DNA of 63,888 nt, the filler included, from Dugesia japonica (taxonomy: Eukaryota): the NCBI GenBank assembly GCA_001938525.1. It is 5 parts of 5 records of this genome, joined end to end, with 100 filler letters (N's around TTAATTAATTAA, not from the genome) between each part and the next. Parts side by side here need not be neighbours in the genome. Positions count along the whole stretch, not along the records: positions 34,699 to 46,386 come from MQRL01648175.1; positions 46,487 to 55,293 come from MQRL01599842.1; 3 more parts are not named here. One strand, 5' to 3'. Numbering within the stretch: the first letter of the stretch is position 1; the number at the start of each line of letters is the position of its first letter. Shown here in pieces: positions 36,386 to 49,243 of this stretch. Both the position numbers and the translations under genes were made by a program. The notes beneath the pieces were generated by a model. That model worked only from the letters and a program-made list of their open reading frames with translations, made no database searches and was not told the DNA's origin.

Positions 36386-37839
36386 GTTGTAATTTTAGTG
36401 AAAGTTTTTTTGATTTAATTAATTATTAATTTAGTTTGAAATCATACATTTTTGTTTAGAAATATAATTTTAATATTTTACAAATATACTATTTTTACAG
36501 TATACTAATTATATACCAAATTTCATCAAAATCCGAATGGGACAGTTTGCGGACTTTCTTGGTTAATATTTTCTTGTTATTGTATGATAATGTTTATCTT
36601 ATTAAATAATAAGTTCAGTATGTTTCCCAAGTTGATTTTATAATATGTCTTTTTTCCAAATTCATACAGCTTTTTGTGGTAGATTTATTTGATTAATGAT
36701 AAATACACCACCAATATTTTCATTGTTTCAACATATATGTTAATATATGTCAATTAAAAAATTATCATGAAATGGATGGTAATTATAGTATTTTCATTTA
36801 CATGTTTTTGAACAAGGCTGTCACTCTCAATTAACACTCCAATGAGACTCAGGTTTTTTGGTGATTGATTTATTTTTAAAAAGTGATAAATTTAATTAGA
36901 AATTTATATTTTTGTTTATAATATTTTTATTAACGACAATTATTTGGAAATAATTTTAATACAATAATCCATTTCGAAGGTTTTTTGATTTTTTTATTAT
37001 GAAAATTATTAGGGATATAATTAATTAATTTAAATAATATATATATGTATTTATATTTCGGTCGGATAATTCCTCTAATTAAACTCTTCGATGGAATTTT
37101 AAATTAGTATATAATGATTTAACCTATACTATTTGTTAGTGACTGATAAATTTTCAGAAAAATCCATTTGAGTCAATAATTATTTTATTAATGAAAACTA
37201 AAATTCAAATCTTCTTTTCTTCTTTAAAACTGAATATTTAAACATCGTTTCTAAATATTTTAAAAAAATTTTTAAATCTTTTATAAAATTTTCTTTATAC
37301 TTTTAATTGTAATTTTCAACTTTTAATCCTTCCACTTTATTTATATATAGTTTTCTTATTTGTTTGTTTTCAAAAATATTTTTATCAAATTATTTTTTTT
37401 ATTTCAACCTAACAAAAATAAATTTAAATTAAAGTTATTTTTTTTAACCACTGAATTGGTCACATAATATTGTGAACTTTTTTGAAATGGTTTTTCTCTT
37501 TTTTTATATTTATTAAAATAATAAATTATTTTTTTAAAATAAATAAATATCGAAATTAATTACATAATTACAACGAAACGTCTAACAATATTGGACAAGC
37601 TAGAGAAAATTTAGATGACAAAAGCATTTTTGATGAAAAAATATTTTATTTAAAATTTCTTACAAGCAATATCAAAATTGGTCTTCTATTTTATAAATTG
37701 TTCAATATTTCGACTATGCCTTTTTAGGAAACTATTGTTCAATTAATTATGTTTTTAAATTTCCAAATGCAAACACAATTTGCATTAATCCGATTAAAAT
37801 TAATTTTTAGTTGATTGGTAAGTGTAATATTAAATTTTT

Positions 37840-38091
37840 TGAAAAGATTCTAGGTTGTTTGTTGCTAACATATAAATAATACTTTTTCTTAAATTTTTAA
37901 AATTTAAAAAAANTTTTAACCATTGATCTGTAAATAGAAATATCTGTAAATCATAAATCAAATGTTTGTAAATATTTGTAAAAAAATATCTGTAAATCAA
38001 AAATATTTAGTTACAAAAAAATTTTTAATTTTAAAAATTTTTTAAAAAGTATTATTTATATGTTAGCAACAAATAACCAAGAATATTTTCA
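37840..38091. mobile_element. MITE-like foldback element in the intron
   Basis: About 75-bp inverted arms (GTTGCTAACATATAAATAATACTTTTT core) around ATCTGTAAAT repeats; no TSD identified. Confidence 0.7.
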
Positions 38092-38639
38092 CTAAATTTA
38101 ATGTTATAAATACCAACCAATGACAAAAGAAACTGAAAGTTTCGAGATGAAAGATGGTACTATAATCAGAGAAAGATAAAAATAATGGTGGAGTGAAAAA
38201 GTTAGAGAAGATTGAAGAAAATACTTGGAAAAGTGTCGAGAAAGATGAAATAAATATCAAAAACAGAAGTGTAAATTTAAATCTAAAAGAAAAATTGCAT
38301 ATAAGAAACAAGAAGAAAAATGTATACTATGTGAATACAAAGCAAATTTAAGTAAAGAAAGAAATAGATACATTATAAACTGTCATACTGAAAAAGAGAA
38401 AGATAAATAAGATGGTGTATAATAAATGTGTTATATGGATACAATATAAAAGTATTGCTACAAAAGCACATTGAGAGCTTCCACAAATCTGAGAAAAGTT
38501 TGGAGAATAACTCTTATAATAATGAAAATGAAAAGCATAATGCAAAATTAGAATTAAGATAATAGAAAAAAAAACGAGGACATGACGAATAATAAAAATA
38601 CTAAAAGCAAGATAAAAGTAAATCATAATAATCAAAAAA

Positions 38640-38880
38640 CCAAGAATTCAAAGGTCCACCATTTAAATGTCCATTCAAAAAGTGCATGAAACTAACAAGT
38701 AATCTTAGAGAAATGCTGAGCCATGAAACCAAAGACCATAGGTGGTCATTTTCAATTTGGTCTATTGTTAGACTAAAAAGACATAAGACTACTCACAATA
38801 AGTGGTGAGGAGACGAAAGTGTAAAATACAGTTGCAAATTCGGTTAATTGGAAATCATCTAAAGCTCATAAAGTTTCATA
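38640..38880 (+). pseudogene. C2H2 zinc-finger-like relic
   Basis: FKCPFKKC......MLSHETKDH, LKRHKTTH, NHLKAH. Confidence 0.4.
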
Positions 38881-40289
38881 TCTTTCTTCTGAAGAAGGTG
38901 CCCCATTGCTAGCTCAAATTTATGATCTAAAATTCATATTATTGCGAGAATAATTGTTGGACTTAACAATTGATCGGGTTTTTAATGTTTCAATAAATTA
39001 AAAAAAGTTTCTATTAAAATGTTATTGTTAGTACTTCGAATTTTCGACAATTTTCTTCTTCAAGAATTAAATCCAGAAATGAAATTCTTAAATTTTAACA
39101 CTTCGGAATGAAGTCTTTTTAATTCTAATAAAAATGAACTTTTAACAATTAGTTTTAACTAATTTTTAGAAATTATGAAATCATAGCAAAATATTTTTTC
39201 TCGATATGTAAAAAATTAATTTTTATATTTCCATTGAATTATTGGAATTATTAATCAATTTTTAAAATGAAACTTGATTTTTCAACTCTAATAAATATTT
39301 CAATAAATACATAATTAAATAAGTTTGTAATATTATTTTCAATATAATCAAGACAAATAGAAATCATCTTCATCACCATCAACCAAAATAATAAGTTACT
39401 ATTCACTAAAACTTGTGTTATTAAACACGTGATTTTTTCAAATCATTGTCAATCATTATTATAGAGTTACTAATTTAAAGTTTTACTCTATCTATGTATT
39501 TAAAATATTTTTATTGATATTTTTTCGAAGTTTACCAAATATTGTAATTTAGCTATTTGATTAATATTATTCCATAACCAAAATTGAATTCATGAACTGT
39601 AATAATTAATGTATTCGTTAATAGTGGTAGTTGTTCCTTTATTATTTTTAGAATGATAATTAATTGCACTTTAGACAACATTCACTATATAAAAAATGTC
39701 TACTTGTAACAAATATGTCGCACTAAAAATATATTATTCCAGCATTTTATTCAACTTCAAATTTATTTCAATTACTAACAAATATATTACACATTAGAAA
39801 AAATATCACTTGAATTAATGTGGTTACTATTTAAAAATATGACATATGAATTGTGTTTTTATTAAAAATAGTATAAACAATTTCAGTTTATGATAAAATG
39901 TGAAAATATTTTAATGTAGAAAGTATTCAAATTAAAGTACAAAGTATATGAACCAATGTGCGGTTATGTATACCCCATATTATGTATAGTGTAAAATCAT
40001 TTAAATATTATTTAAAATTAAATTTTTTAATTATTTTTTAATTAAATTAATTTTGTGTCTAGATTAAAACCCTTTTTCGGGTTCCAAANNNNNNNNNNNN
40101 NNNNNNNNNNNNNNNNNNNNNNNNNNNNNNNNNNNNNNNNNNNNNNNNNNNNAAAAAATTAGTATTATAATTACAACTTTAAAATGAATAATAATAGTTA
40201 TAAATATATCACAAATAAGAAAAGTACAAAGTATTTTAATTTTCCATGTTTGAATGGAAATTTTTATATTTTCAAATATAATTTATAAC

Positions 40290-40470
40290 TTTTGCAATTA
40301 CAATTATTCTGAAAGTCATTGGTGATATCGTAGATTTATTCATAAAATGTAAACTGCGACAATCATTACTGTTAGATATAATATTTAAGCATATTTCATT
40401 AAAATAAATGCTTCGATCAATTTTTTTGTTTTTGATAATAATTCGACTTAGTCTTCGTCAGGAATTGACT
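40290..40470 (-). repeat. Penelope-like terminal repeat copy with partial hammerhead core
   Basis: Minus strand AATTC-CTGACGA-AGACTAAGTC-GAA followed by a tail shared with the 42900 and 59634 copies. Confidence 0.65.
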
Positions 40471-42905
40471 TTTTATACATATTTGTTTAATTATTGTTGA
40501 TTTATTAAATTTTAATAAACTTAAATAATTATGATATCTACTTTTGAAATACAAAATCTAACTGGCCACCATGTAGAAGTTAATGTCATTACTAGGCAAA
40601 GGAAAAACATAGCTAGTTAACGAGTTAATAATAATATTAATAATNNNNNNNNNNNNNNNNNNNNNNNNNNNNNNNNNNNNNNNNNNNNNNNNNNNNNNNN
40701 NNNNNNNNNNNTTTTATCGTAGTAATATAGAAAAATCCATGGTTTTGATATTCTTTTATTTTTTGTGTAAGATTGCCAATATTTATAGACATAAAAATAT
40801 TATTTACGAGAAATTAATTCATTGGTCAAATTTTAAAAAGCAAGAAATTGTCTATATTTTTAATTTTTTTTAGAAATATAGAAGAAATATATTAGACAAT
40901 ATCTGCTATAATTTCTTGACAGTTCATTTGTTTCTGGTGATTATTTTATCAATAACCAATTAGTTTATCATATTAATTTAAGAATGTTTTAATTACATTT
41001 TAATAAAATTTGATAAATGTTTCTAAAGATTTCATTAATTCTTTATTTTAATGAAATCTGAAATGTGATCAATGGTTAAGTCAAACAATTATTCTAACAA
41101 TAATTGTAATTATAAGTTTTTAAGGAATTCTTGTAAATCATAGCAAAATAATTTAAATGATTAGCATTCATACTGTGCTCTCGATGTACAAATTGATTTT
41201 GTACTGTCATTTTATTAGTACTAGCATTACTAGATTTTTATAAATTTGAAACTGATAAACTTATTATTTTCACACCAAAGTCCTTTGTAATACATGCTTT
41301 TACATGTTATTAAAATATCAATTTTTGAGATTTAACATTCGAATATTAAGTTTTTAATATTAAGTTGAGTGCCACAATGTTAAAAAAATTTTACTCTCAA
41401 ACCCACCTATTTTTTTCTTTTAATTAACTCAAAATGAATTCAAAAAATAATATTGCATTGGTTTATATTTAATTATGTATTTCAATCGCGAATGAGCTGT
41501 GCACTACGCGGCCTAGAAAAAATCTTCTGTGAATCATACGTGATTCACACGGCTTCCAACGTGTTAAACATGAAACATTATTAATTATAATTTTAAATTA
41601 TGTAAAATCAAATTTTTTGTATTTGATAAATACAATGTTGAATAATTTGACAACCACTATATAGATTTTTTTAAAAGTTTGTTTGTATTATAAAAGCAAC
41701 ATTAAGCTATTATGTTTAACATCTATGATAATTTATTAAAACCATATTCTGATGAGAAACATGAAAAATCTCAGTTTTAGTTTGTATTTTTGGGGAAAAT
41801 AAAATTTAATAAATATTTCCTTAAAGTCTGTTAATATTATTTTATTTAATAGTCTTACAAAATTATTCAACTGTCGAATAGAAATAGTTGACAATTAAAA
41901 TTATTGTTTAGATTTATAAAATCTTTTCTAAATAATGCGCTTTGTTTAAATGAAAATCTGTAATGTAGATTTTTATTATTGGTCTAATTCAATTGAATAA
42001 AAGTTGAAAAAAATGTGACTCCCTTATTTTTATAATTTTCTACAGTTGAGNNNNNNNNNNNNNNNNNNNNNNNNNNNNNNNNNNNNNNNNNNNNNNNNNN
42101 NNNNNNNNNNNNNNNNNNNNNNNNNNNNNNNNNNNNNNNNNNNNNNNNNNNNNNNNNNNNNNNNNNNNNNNNNNNNNNNNNNNNGGACCCGACTTTCTAT
42201 TAGATTCAGGTTTAAAATGATGAAAACTCATTATTCGATTTTGCCTATTTTCTATGAACTGTATTACGATTATGATTGTAATTTTCTTACAATTAAAGTA
42301 TTTATAAAATAATCTGAGAAAAAGAATAAATTGCAAACACCAAACTTATAGATTCTTTCTCTTCATTATAAAAAGTTGGATTTTCTTTTATTGCCAAAAA
42401 TTACGAATTTTCAGGTTCCGGAAATTCTTTAAACTTGGTCAGTTGATTATCTCAAGTAGCGCTATTTATTAGAAATGAAATTATTGAAATATTTCTACTA
42501 CGTAAAAAAATTAATTCTTGAATTTCACTACATAAACTAAAATGAGTTCTACAATATGCAAAATTAAAATAATTATTACATAGATTTGAGAACAATTGAC
42601 ATATGAAAATGAAACTATTTGTTAATATTATTTTATAAAATACAGCACTATTTCTATGTAATTTAATAGAATATAGATTTGATAGAATATCCTAATAATT
42701 CTAATAATAAAAATACATTTTTGTTTTATTTATAAAATTAGACTTTGTAATTATACTTTTTGAAATTTTTTATTTAAATCCTAATAAACAATTGAATAAT
42801 TAAATTTGATTGTTTTAGGATTATTATTATTATTATTATTATTATTGAAATATTCAAAAAAATATTTCCATTATAAACATAAATCTTGAATAAATCAAAA
42901 AAGTA

Positions 42906-42940
42906 AATTCCTGACGAAGACAAAGTTGAAAATTCGAATT
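42906..42940 (+). ncRNA. Minimal type I hammerhead ribozyme motif (Penelope-like repeat 42900-43050)
   Basis: AAUUC CUGACGA A GAC AAA GUU GAAA AU UC GAAUU: both core boxes, stem I and stem II. Confidence 0.6.
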
Positions 42941-43116
42941 ATTATAAAAAACAAAAAAAATTTAGATCGAAGCTTATCTTTTAATAAATTCTGTAAAACG
43001 ATCAATTGTTACGCCCAACAATTATTTTCGCTATAATTGTAATATTATTATTATTATTGTTATTGACTTGAATTTTGAATCTGAATTTGTTTGTTAACTG
43101 ATGTTTACTAATTTAG

Positions 43117-43230
43117 GTAGTTCGGCTCAATTCTAAATCTTTGAATGGGATACGTTTCAAAAGACTATTTGGTCCTCAAATCAAATTCAAAGAAATTTCG
43201 AAACGTATAATGGAAAGATTGCAATTGTAA
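43117..43230 (+). CDS. MARK/PAR-1-like kinase last exon (KA1 C-terminus)
   Basis: Branch point and acceptor TACTAATTTAG; VVRLNSKSLNGIRFKRLFGPQIKFKEISKRIMERLQL* versus MARK VCKLPRLSLNGVRFKRISG...ELKL. Confidence 0.92.
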   Translation, partial: VVRLNSKSLNGIRFKRLFGPQIKFKEISKRIMERLQL

Positions 43231-44927
43231 TTTCAATTGCAATTGTTTTTCAAATAACAATCTGTCTCGCCTTACTAAACGCTTTCTGTTTCTGTAAATC
43301 AGTTGATTGAATAATTTTTCACTCATGATTTCTGTTTAATTAAAATTGTGTATAGCTCCTCATCAGTTATCAATATACTTGCTTCCGATTGAAAATCGCT
43401 GCAATTTTGTTGATGATAACTCAGCATTTCTTGTCGACTTTTAATTTACAATTGACTATTATACTAGTGAATACTTGTAAAGAAAATTTATCAAATTTGA
43501 GAATTTAATCGATTTAATATCAATAATTATTCCTACTGATATTGATCACTTTGGTCATATTTTGTGAAATTATATTTATGAACTATTATTGATCTTATAT
43601 AGTTTTGTATATTTATTATATCACATCATGCTTTCACATTTTAACATGTATAACGATTGGGAACAATTATACGATTTCGCTTTTGATGCAATTTTTATAT
43701 TAATGATTCACTCATGTTTATGGAAATGAGAAAAATGTATTTTTTTCAAAATATCTCTAACACTTTCAAATGTCTCATAATCGTTATTATATTTCCATAT
43801 GATAATTAATAATAATATTATTATAATAATAATAATGATTAAATTGAATTTTATTCAATATTCATGTAATTATTATAATAATTATTATCAATATCACACT
43901 GTTATTAATTTGATTGATTAATGGATTTTGAAAATTTTCTTTTATTTTGCATGAAATAGGGATGACTTTGTACAGTTTTTTTATTTTATTTTACTTGTGT
44001 ATTTGATCTATTTTCGCTACCATCATGAACTGTTGGAGCTTTGATGATGTTGATTATGATTTGTTGATGATAATCAATTTAGTTCGACAATATTTTACAA
44101 AAGCGGGGTGATAGATTCAATAAATGTGTTGTTAACATGCTTAATTGTTGAAGTTTGAAAATATTAAAATATTTCTACATTATTTCTAAAAATTTAGCTC
44201 AATGATTTATAATTTCAGTTTTAAAATTTTACGACCAATCAAATTTGCTGTTGTCATGTATCATTTAAAATATTGAATTTATTTCGTTAATCTCAGTATA
44301 TATTTAACAAAATGGTTTTTAGATTTGTAAAATCTCGAAATAGTAAAACAAATTGTTATCTAACAAACAAGAATTTTAATTTATTTAGTTAAAGTGAAAT
44401 TATGGTCTCGTAAAAGGTTTTATTTTAAAGGATTTCTTCATTTGATTTGATAATGTTATTAAAAATTAATAATACTGAAAATAATGTTCACTCTCAGAAA
44501 AAATCAATATTTTAAAAAGCAACAAAAATTAAATATGCAATAACTAACCATAAAAGTTGTATTGAAGTATTGAAAAATTTATTAATAAGACTCGAAAAAC
44601 GTAAATAATGTAAATAACTAGTTAATTAAAAACAATCATGTAATTGGATAATTAATCCAAGGAAAATAAGTGAATTCAATTACTTTCAAGATTTGACAAA
44701 TTTGACAGTTTTGAGTAACTTCTTTCAAGCAACTATTTGAGTTTCTAAAGATAAAGAACTGATAAATGAATTCACCAAAAAATGAAACCAATTTTTTTGT
44801 TAAATAATGGAAATTATTGAATCAAAATTGGCATTTTTGTTAAAAACAAATATTAAAAATATTCTGGGAATTATTTAGAAAAGTATGAAAATCGGTCAAT
44901 CTATAAATATATTGAGTTTTAAAAATA

Positions 44928-46127
44928 TTGAGTTGTGAAATGAGTTCTGTGCTGTTTCTTCATCAAAAAATAGAAGACAAAGTTAAGATATGCAAATATT
45001 ATTTTAATCGCATAACCATTGCCCATTTTCACGGTTAACCTGTTATCAGCGTTGTAGTGATGTCATCATTCTTTTCTCATAAAACTTTATAGTTTTCCTG
45101 TTAAAATGTGTACAAGCACTATTTGACATCATCTGAAGAATAAAATCGTTATGTATTTAGAGGATTTTGTACCTAGCGAGTGTTGGGGGTGCTGCATTAC
45201 TTTCCAACCCAAGTTTTTAAATTAGACTTGGTCGTTAAAGCAGTATGAGATCTAACATTGTCGTGGTGAATGAGTACATTTTCCCTACTCGCCAATTCTG
45301 AATTTTTCTTTGGTACTATCTTCTTCAATTCTTTAATTTATTGTATTGATAGTCTGACCACTTGAAAGCAGCTCGTAATAAAGAATGCACTTCCAATTCC
45401 ACCAAACGCATAGCATTACCTTCTGTAAATGCAAATCAGGTTTGGGAATTGACTGAAACTCTACCATGAGCGTCAACGCCTGTTGTTGTAATGAACAACC
45501 CATTTCTCGTACCAACATATTATTCGTTGAAGAAATGGATCTAATAAATTCCGTTTTAGCAAAGAATTACATGTCAAAAATCGATTCATTATGTTTTTTC
45601 TGATAAATCATGCGGGATCCATACATCGAATTTTTTGTAACCCCTTTAAATTTTAACCACTTTGCAACTAATGAATACTCAACTCCCATGCACTGTGTTA
45701 TTGCTCATGTCGTTATATGGCGGTCCAATTTGATTTCAGCCAAGATTTAATCGTCATCAGTGGTCAGAGCGCGACCGGTACTGGAACTGTTTTTAAACTG
45801 ATATCTCATGAACAGACGCCCAAAAATAATCTCTTGAAGCTATCATATCATTTGACTGAGTTACTATAAATTGTGTCCAGTTCATGCATTGCTTCTGTTG
45901 CTTTTAACCTTTATCTGAATGAAAACAATAAAACATTTTTTAATGATTTTCATGTCTTTGGTTTGATAAATTTCTTGCATTTTGAAAATAATGTTAATTT
46001 AAATTTTTTTGTCATACAATTATAATACCACAAAATATATATGAATATTATTTAAACAACTTATGATTGTAAATTTATGTTTCAATTTATTATGTGAGAA
46101 AAAGTGCAGAACTTATTTCACATCTAT
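44928..46127 (-). mobile_element. Degraded mariner transposon
   Basis: WIPHDLS, KVMLCVWWNWKCILYYELL..GQTIN, HHDNVRSH, GWKVMQHP; imperfect TIRs TTGAGTTGTGAAATGAGTTC / GAACTTATTTCACATCTAT. Confidence 0.88.
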
Positions 46128-46386
46128 CAAAAATCAATAGCGTAAACTAGGATACGTTTCTTGGCCAATTTACCTTCATGAATATCAATTGCTACCGATT
46201 TTTGAAGAAGTTGATAAATAGGTTTTTTTCGATAACGTGGCTTGTAGGATATCGTGGAGTTCTAGTTCCAAGTTATCACAAACAACATCAAGGGCAAGAT
46301 TGTGCCTTAAAAAGATAAGTCTTTCAGCTAGGTGAAATTTTAGAGGTATCTCATTAAAATAAGAAAAGGCTTCGATCAAAATAAAA

Positions 46387-46486
46387 NNNNNNNNNNNNNN
46401 NNNNNNNNNNNNNNNNNNNNNNNNNNNNNNTTAATTAATTAANNNNNNNNNNNNNNNNNNNNNNNNNNNNNNNNNNNNNNNNNNNN
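46387..46486. other. Artificial contig spacer
   Basis: N44-TTAATTAATTAA-N44. Confidence 0.95.
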
Positions 46487-46538
46487 TTTTTATACACAAA
46501 AAATACTTTTTCCTTTTAGTGAAAATGTATTAAAGTTT

Positions 46539-46832
46539 TTGGACATGCAGATAAAATGGAAACGAAGTAATTCAAAATATAGTGGTTTAATAAAAATAAA
46601 ATTAAAATCAAAATCACTTGAATATTTATTTCCTCCAAGAAAAAGAAAAATTCTAGGGAACGAAGTCACAGGGGATGCAATAAATTTATTTGAAAAATTA
46701 ATAGTTTTACTTTCTGCTAAAAAAGCCGGTCATGAAAATGTTGGCCCAGAAATAAAATTAGTTTGTAAAAAATTAAAAAATGAAAAATTAATTTCAAAAG
46801 ATAAATATAATAAATATCAAAAATATTTTTAA
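46539..46832 (+). CDS. Conserved Polinton hypothetical protein, C-terminal part
   Basis: LFEKLIVLLSAKKAGHENV..EIK.VCKKL...KLISK. Confidence 0.65.
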   Translation: MDMQIKWKRSNSKYSGLIKIKLKSKSLEYLFPPRKRKILGNEVTGDAINLFEKLIVLLSAKKAGHENVGPEIKLVCKKLKNEKLISKDKYNKYQKYF

Positions 46833-46836
46833 TAAA

Positions 46837-47480
46837 ATGTCTCATCAGTTTTTAGTTACTGGTAAAGGTTCAAAATTAGAAGTTTATTTAAAAAGGCCAT
46901 TAGATTTAAAAGAAGAGTATGAAATTGCTTTAATTTGTTTTTTGGTTTATAATACAATTCTTAATGTAGAAGCAAAAGATGTAAATTTTACATTTAATGG
47001 AAAACAAGAAAAACTTCATCCGGGTGCTTATGAGGTTGAAGAAATTTCAGAGAAAATAAAAGACCTAGGAATTGAAATAACTGTAGATACAATAAAATTT
47101 TAAAATTTGATGATAAATCTTTCTTTCATAAACTTTTGGGTTTTAAACCAAAAGAGTACACAGCAGGAAAATATTATTCCGATGAAAAAATTAATATTTC
47201 TGAATTTAATACAATAAAATTACTTGTAATATTGTAAAGGGAAATTACATAAATAATAAACAATCTAATTTATTATATTCATTTCTAACAAACACTGTAA
47301 ACTTTGGATATAAAATTATTGAAAGACCATCACCACCTATTTACTCAAGAATATCTTCTAGTTATATTGATGGTTTTAGATTTGAAATTATTGATGAAAA
47401 TTTTAAACCTATTGATTTTAATAATGAAACAATTGCATTAATTGTTCATATAAGAAAATGCCTCATATTGGCAAAGTCTT
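46837..47480 (+). pseudogene. Minor capsid (penton-like) protein
   Basis: MSHQFLV.GK start as in fragment A; PLDL..EYEIAL, PGAYEV, GYKIIERP, IDFNNETI.LIVHIR. Confidence 0.82.
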
Positions 47481-47859
47481 AGATTTTTTAAAAACATTTG
47501 GAATTACAACAACAACAAATTTTGATCTTAATTCCATTGTAGACTTTTTAAAAATTCCATTAGAAATTTATATGAAAAATGAGTTGCCTGATAAATTTGA
47601 AAATAATATGAATTATATTTTTAATTATCAAAATACAAATCAAAAAGGAGGTCATTGGGTCGCTTTGAAAAATAAACATTATTTTGCTTCTTTTGGCTTA
47701 AATCCTTTTCATGAAGATCTTGAGAAACATGTAATAAAGTTTAATGAAAAACAAGTTCAACCTTATGAAACAAAAATTTGTGGTGTACTTTATATTTATT
47801 TTCTTTATAGTTTTCCTGAAAAATCTTTTAATGAAATTATTTCTGAAATAAATGAATGA
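47458..47859 (+). CDS. Adenain-like cysteine protease (catalytic Asp appears mutated)
   Basis: GGHWVA, YFASFG, QVQ...ICG. Confidence 0.88.
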   Translation: MPHIGKVLDFLKTFGITTTTNFDLNSIVDFLKIPLEIYMKNELPDKFENNMNYIFNYQNTNQKGGHWVALKNKHYFASFGLNPFHEDLEKHVIKFNEKQVQPYETKICGVLYIYFLYSFPEKSFNEIISEINE

Positions 47860-49226
47860 ATATGGACGCCGCTCACAGGCGAGGAATGAGTAAAAAAGTA
47901 TTAATGCTGTTTATGCAAAATTAAGAATTCAAGATGCAAGCAATGAAAAAAGATTTGTAAATGAAACTGGAGATTCTGTTAAATTTCTTAAAATTTTCGA
48001 AAAATGACCACCTAAAAATGACCTGGATACAGTAAATTTTAAATTTTTAAAAAGTTTAAAAACCATTAAAATTTCTAATAACCCTAAAGAAGAAGATGAT
48101 CCTGTAAATTTAAAATTTTTAAATTTAACCAACACACTAAATTTAAAATTTATAGAAAGTAAATTAAAAACTAATGATTTAGAAAATTTAAAATTAATTG
48201 AAAGTAAATTAAAAAATTTAAAAATTCCTAATAAACCCAAACATGATTATGATCCTATAAATTTAAAATTTTTAGAAAGTAAATTAAAAACTGTGGGTGA
48301 ACATTCTTCTGAAATTTCTACTTTAAAATATCAACTTGAAAATCTAGAAAGTAAATTTAAAGTAGATAATATGGAAAGTAAATTTAATATATTAAAAGAG
48401 GATATTATTAATTTAAGAAATTATATTGTTCACGCCATAAAATATTTAAAAAGATTTGAAGAAATTAAAGAAAAGCGTATTGAAAAAATTCCCCCAAAAA
48501 TGAAAGGAGATTCTATTCTTCTAATTTCTTTAGAAAGAATTTTTAATAAAATAAAAGATTATCTTAACCCAGATTATGCAAAAAAAATTAATGATAAATT
48601 AATAATATATAAAAAAGAAAAATCCCCTGAGGTATTAGAAAATTTAAATGAATTAATTAATAATTATTTACTATGGAATGATATTCGTTTAGAAGAATAT
48701 GTATTTTTTAAAATGCATTTTTTTCGCAGGCATGGAAATAAATTTCCTTATTATACTGACAACTCAATTTATGCGACCTTAGAAAAAGTAATAATAAATG
48801 GATCTTGGGAAAAACTTAATAATCAAAAATTATATTTTTTTCTTTGGGGTCTGTTAAAACTTTCTTTTAAAGAGGCCGGCCATGTTGGTCCTGTATGTAT
48901 TTTTATTTCGGGATATACAAAAACACCTAAAATTACTATTAGTATTAATTATATTGGTTCTTAAGAGATTTTAGATTTTTCATTAAAAAAAGTATTTTAA
49001 ATTGGAAATAAATACGATGAAACTAAAATATGGAAGAACTGGGCAGTCTGCCACTATAAAAGAGATTTTAAATGATAAAGGATCTGAGTGGTTAATAAAT
49101 AGAATAGAAAGTGTACAAATAAAAAAATTTCATTTAATTTTACCAGCAAATATTTATCTTTCTAACCTTATTATTCTTCATACTTGTCTTGAAGATCATA
49201 CAAAAAAAATATTCAATGAACTATGA
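47852..49226 (+). pseudogene. Long fibre-like gene with repeated neck motifs and coiled coil
   Basis: Frame from 47852 with stops at 47891 and 48005 runs into the 48293-48964 ORF; three P..D.D.(V/I)N.KFL repeats; homologous C-terminus in 49002-49226. Confidence 0.62.
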
Positions 49227-49243
49227 AAATTTTTCTATGTAAA

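Noticed and set aside
41749-41778. CTGATGA...GAAA second hammerhead candidate
   Set aside because: No convincing stem I or stem II.
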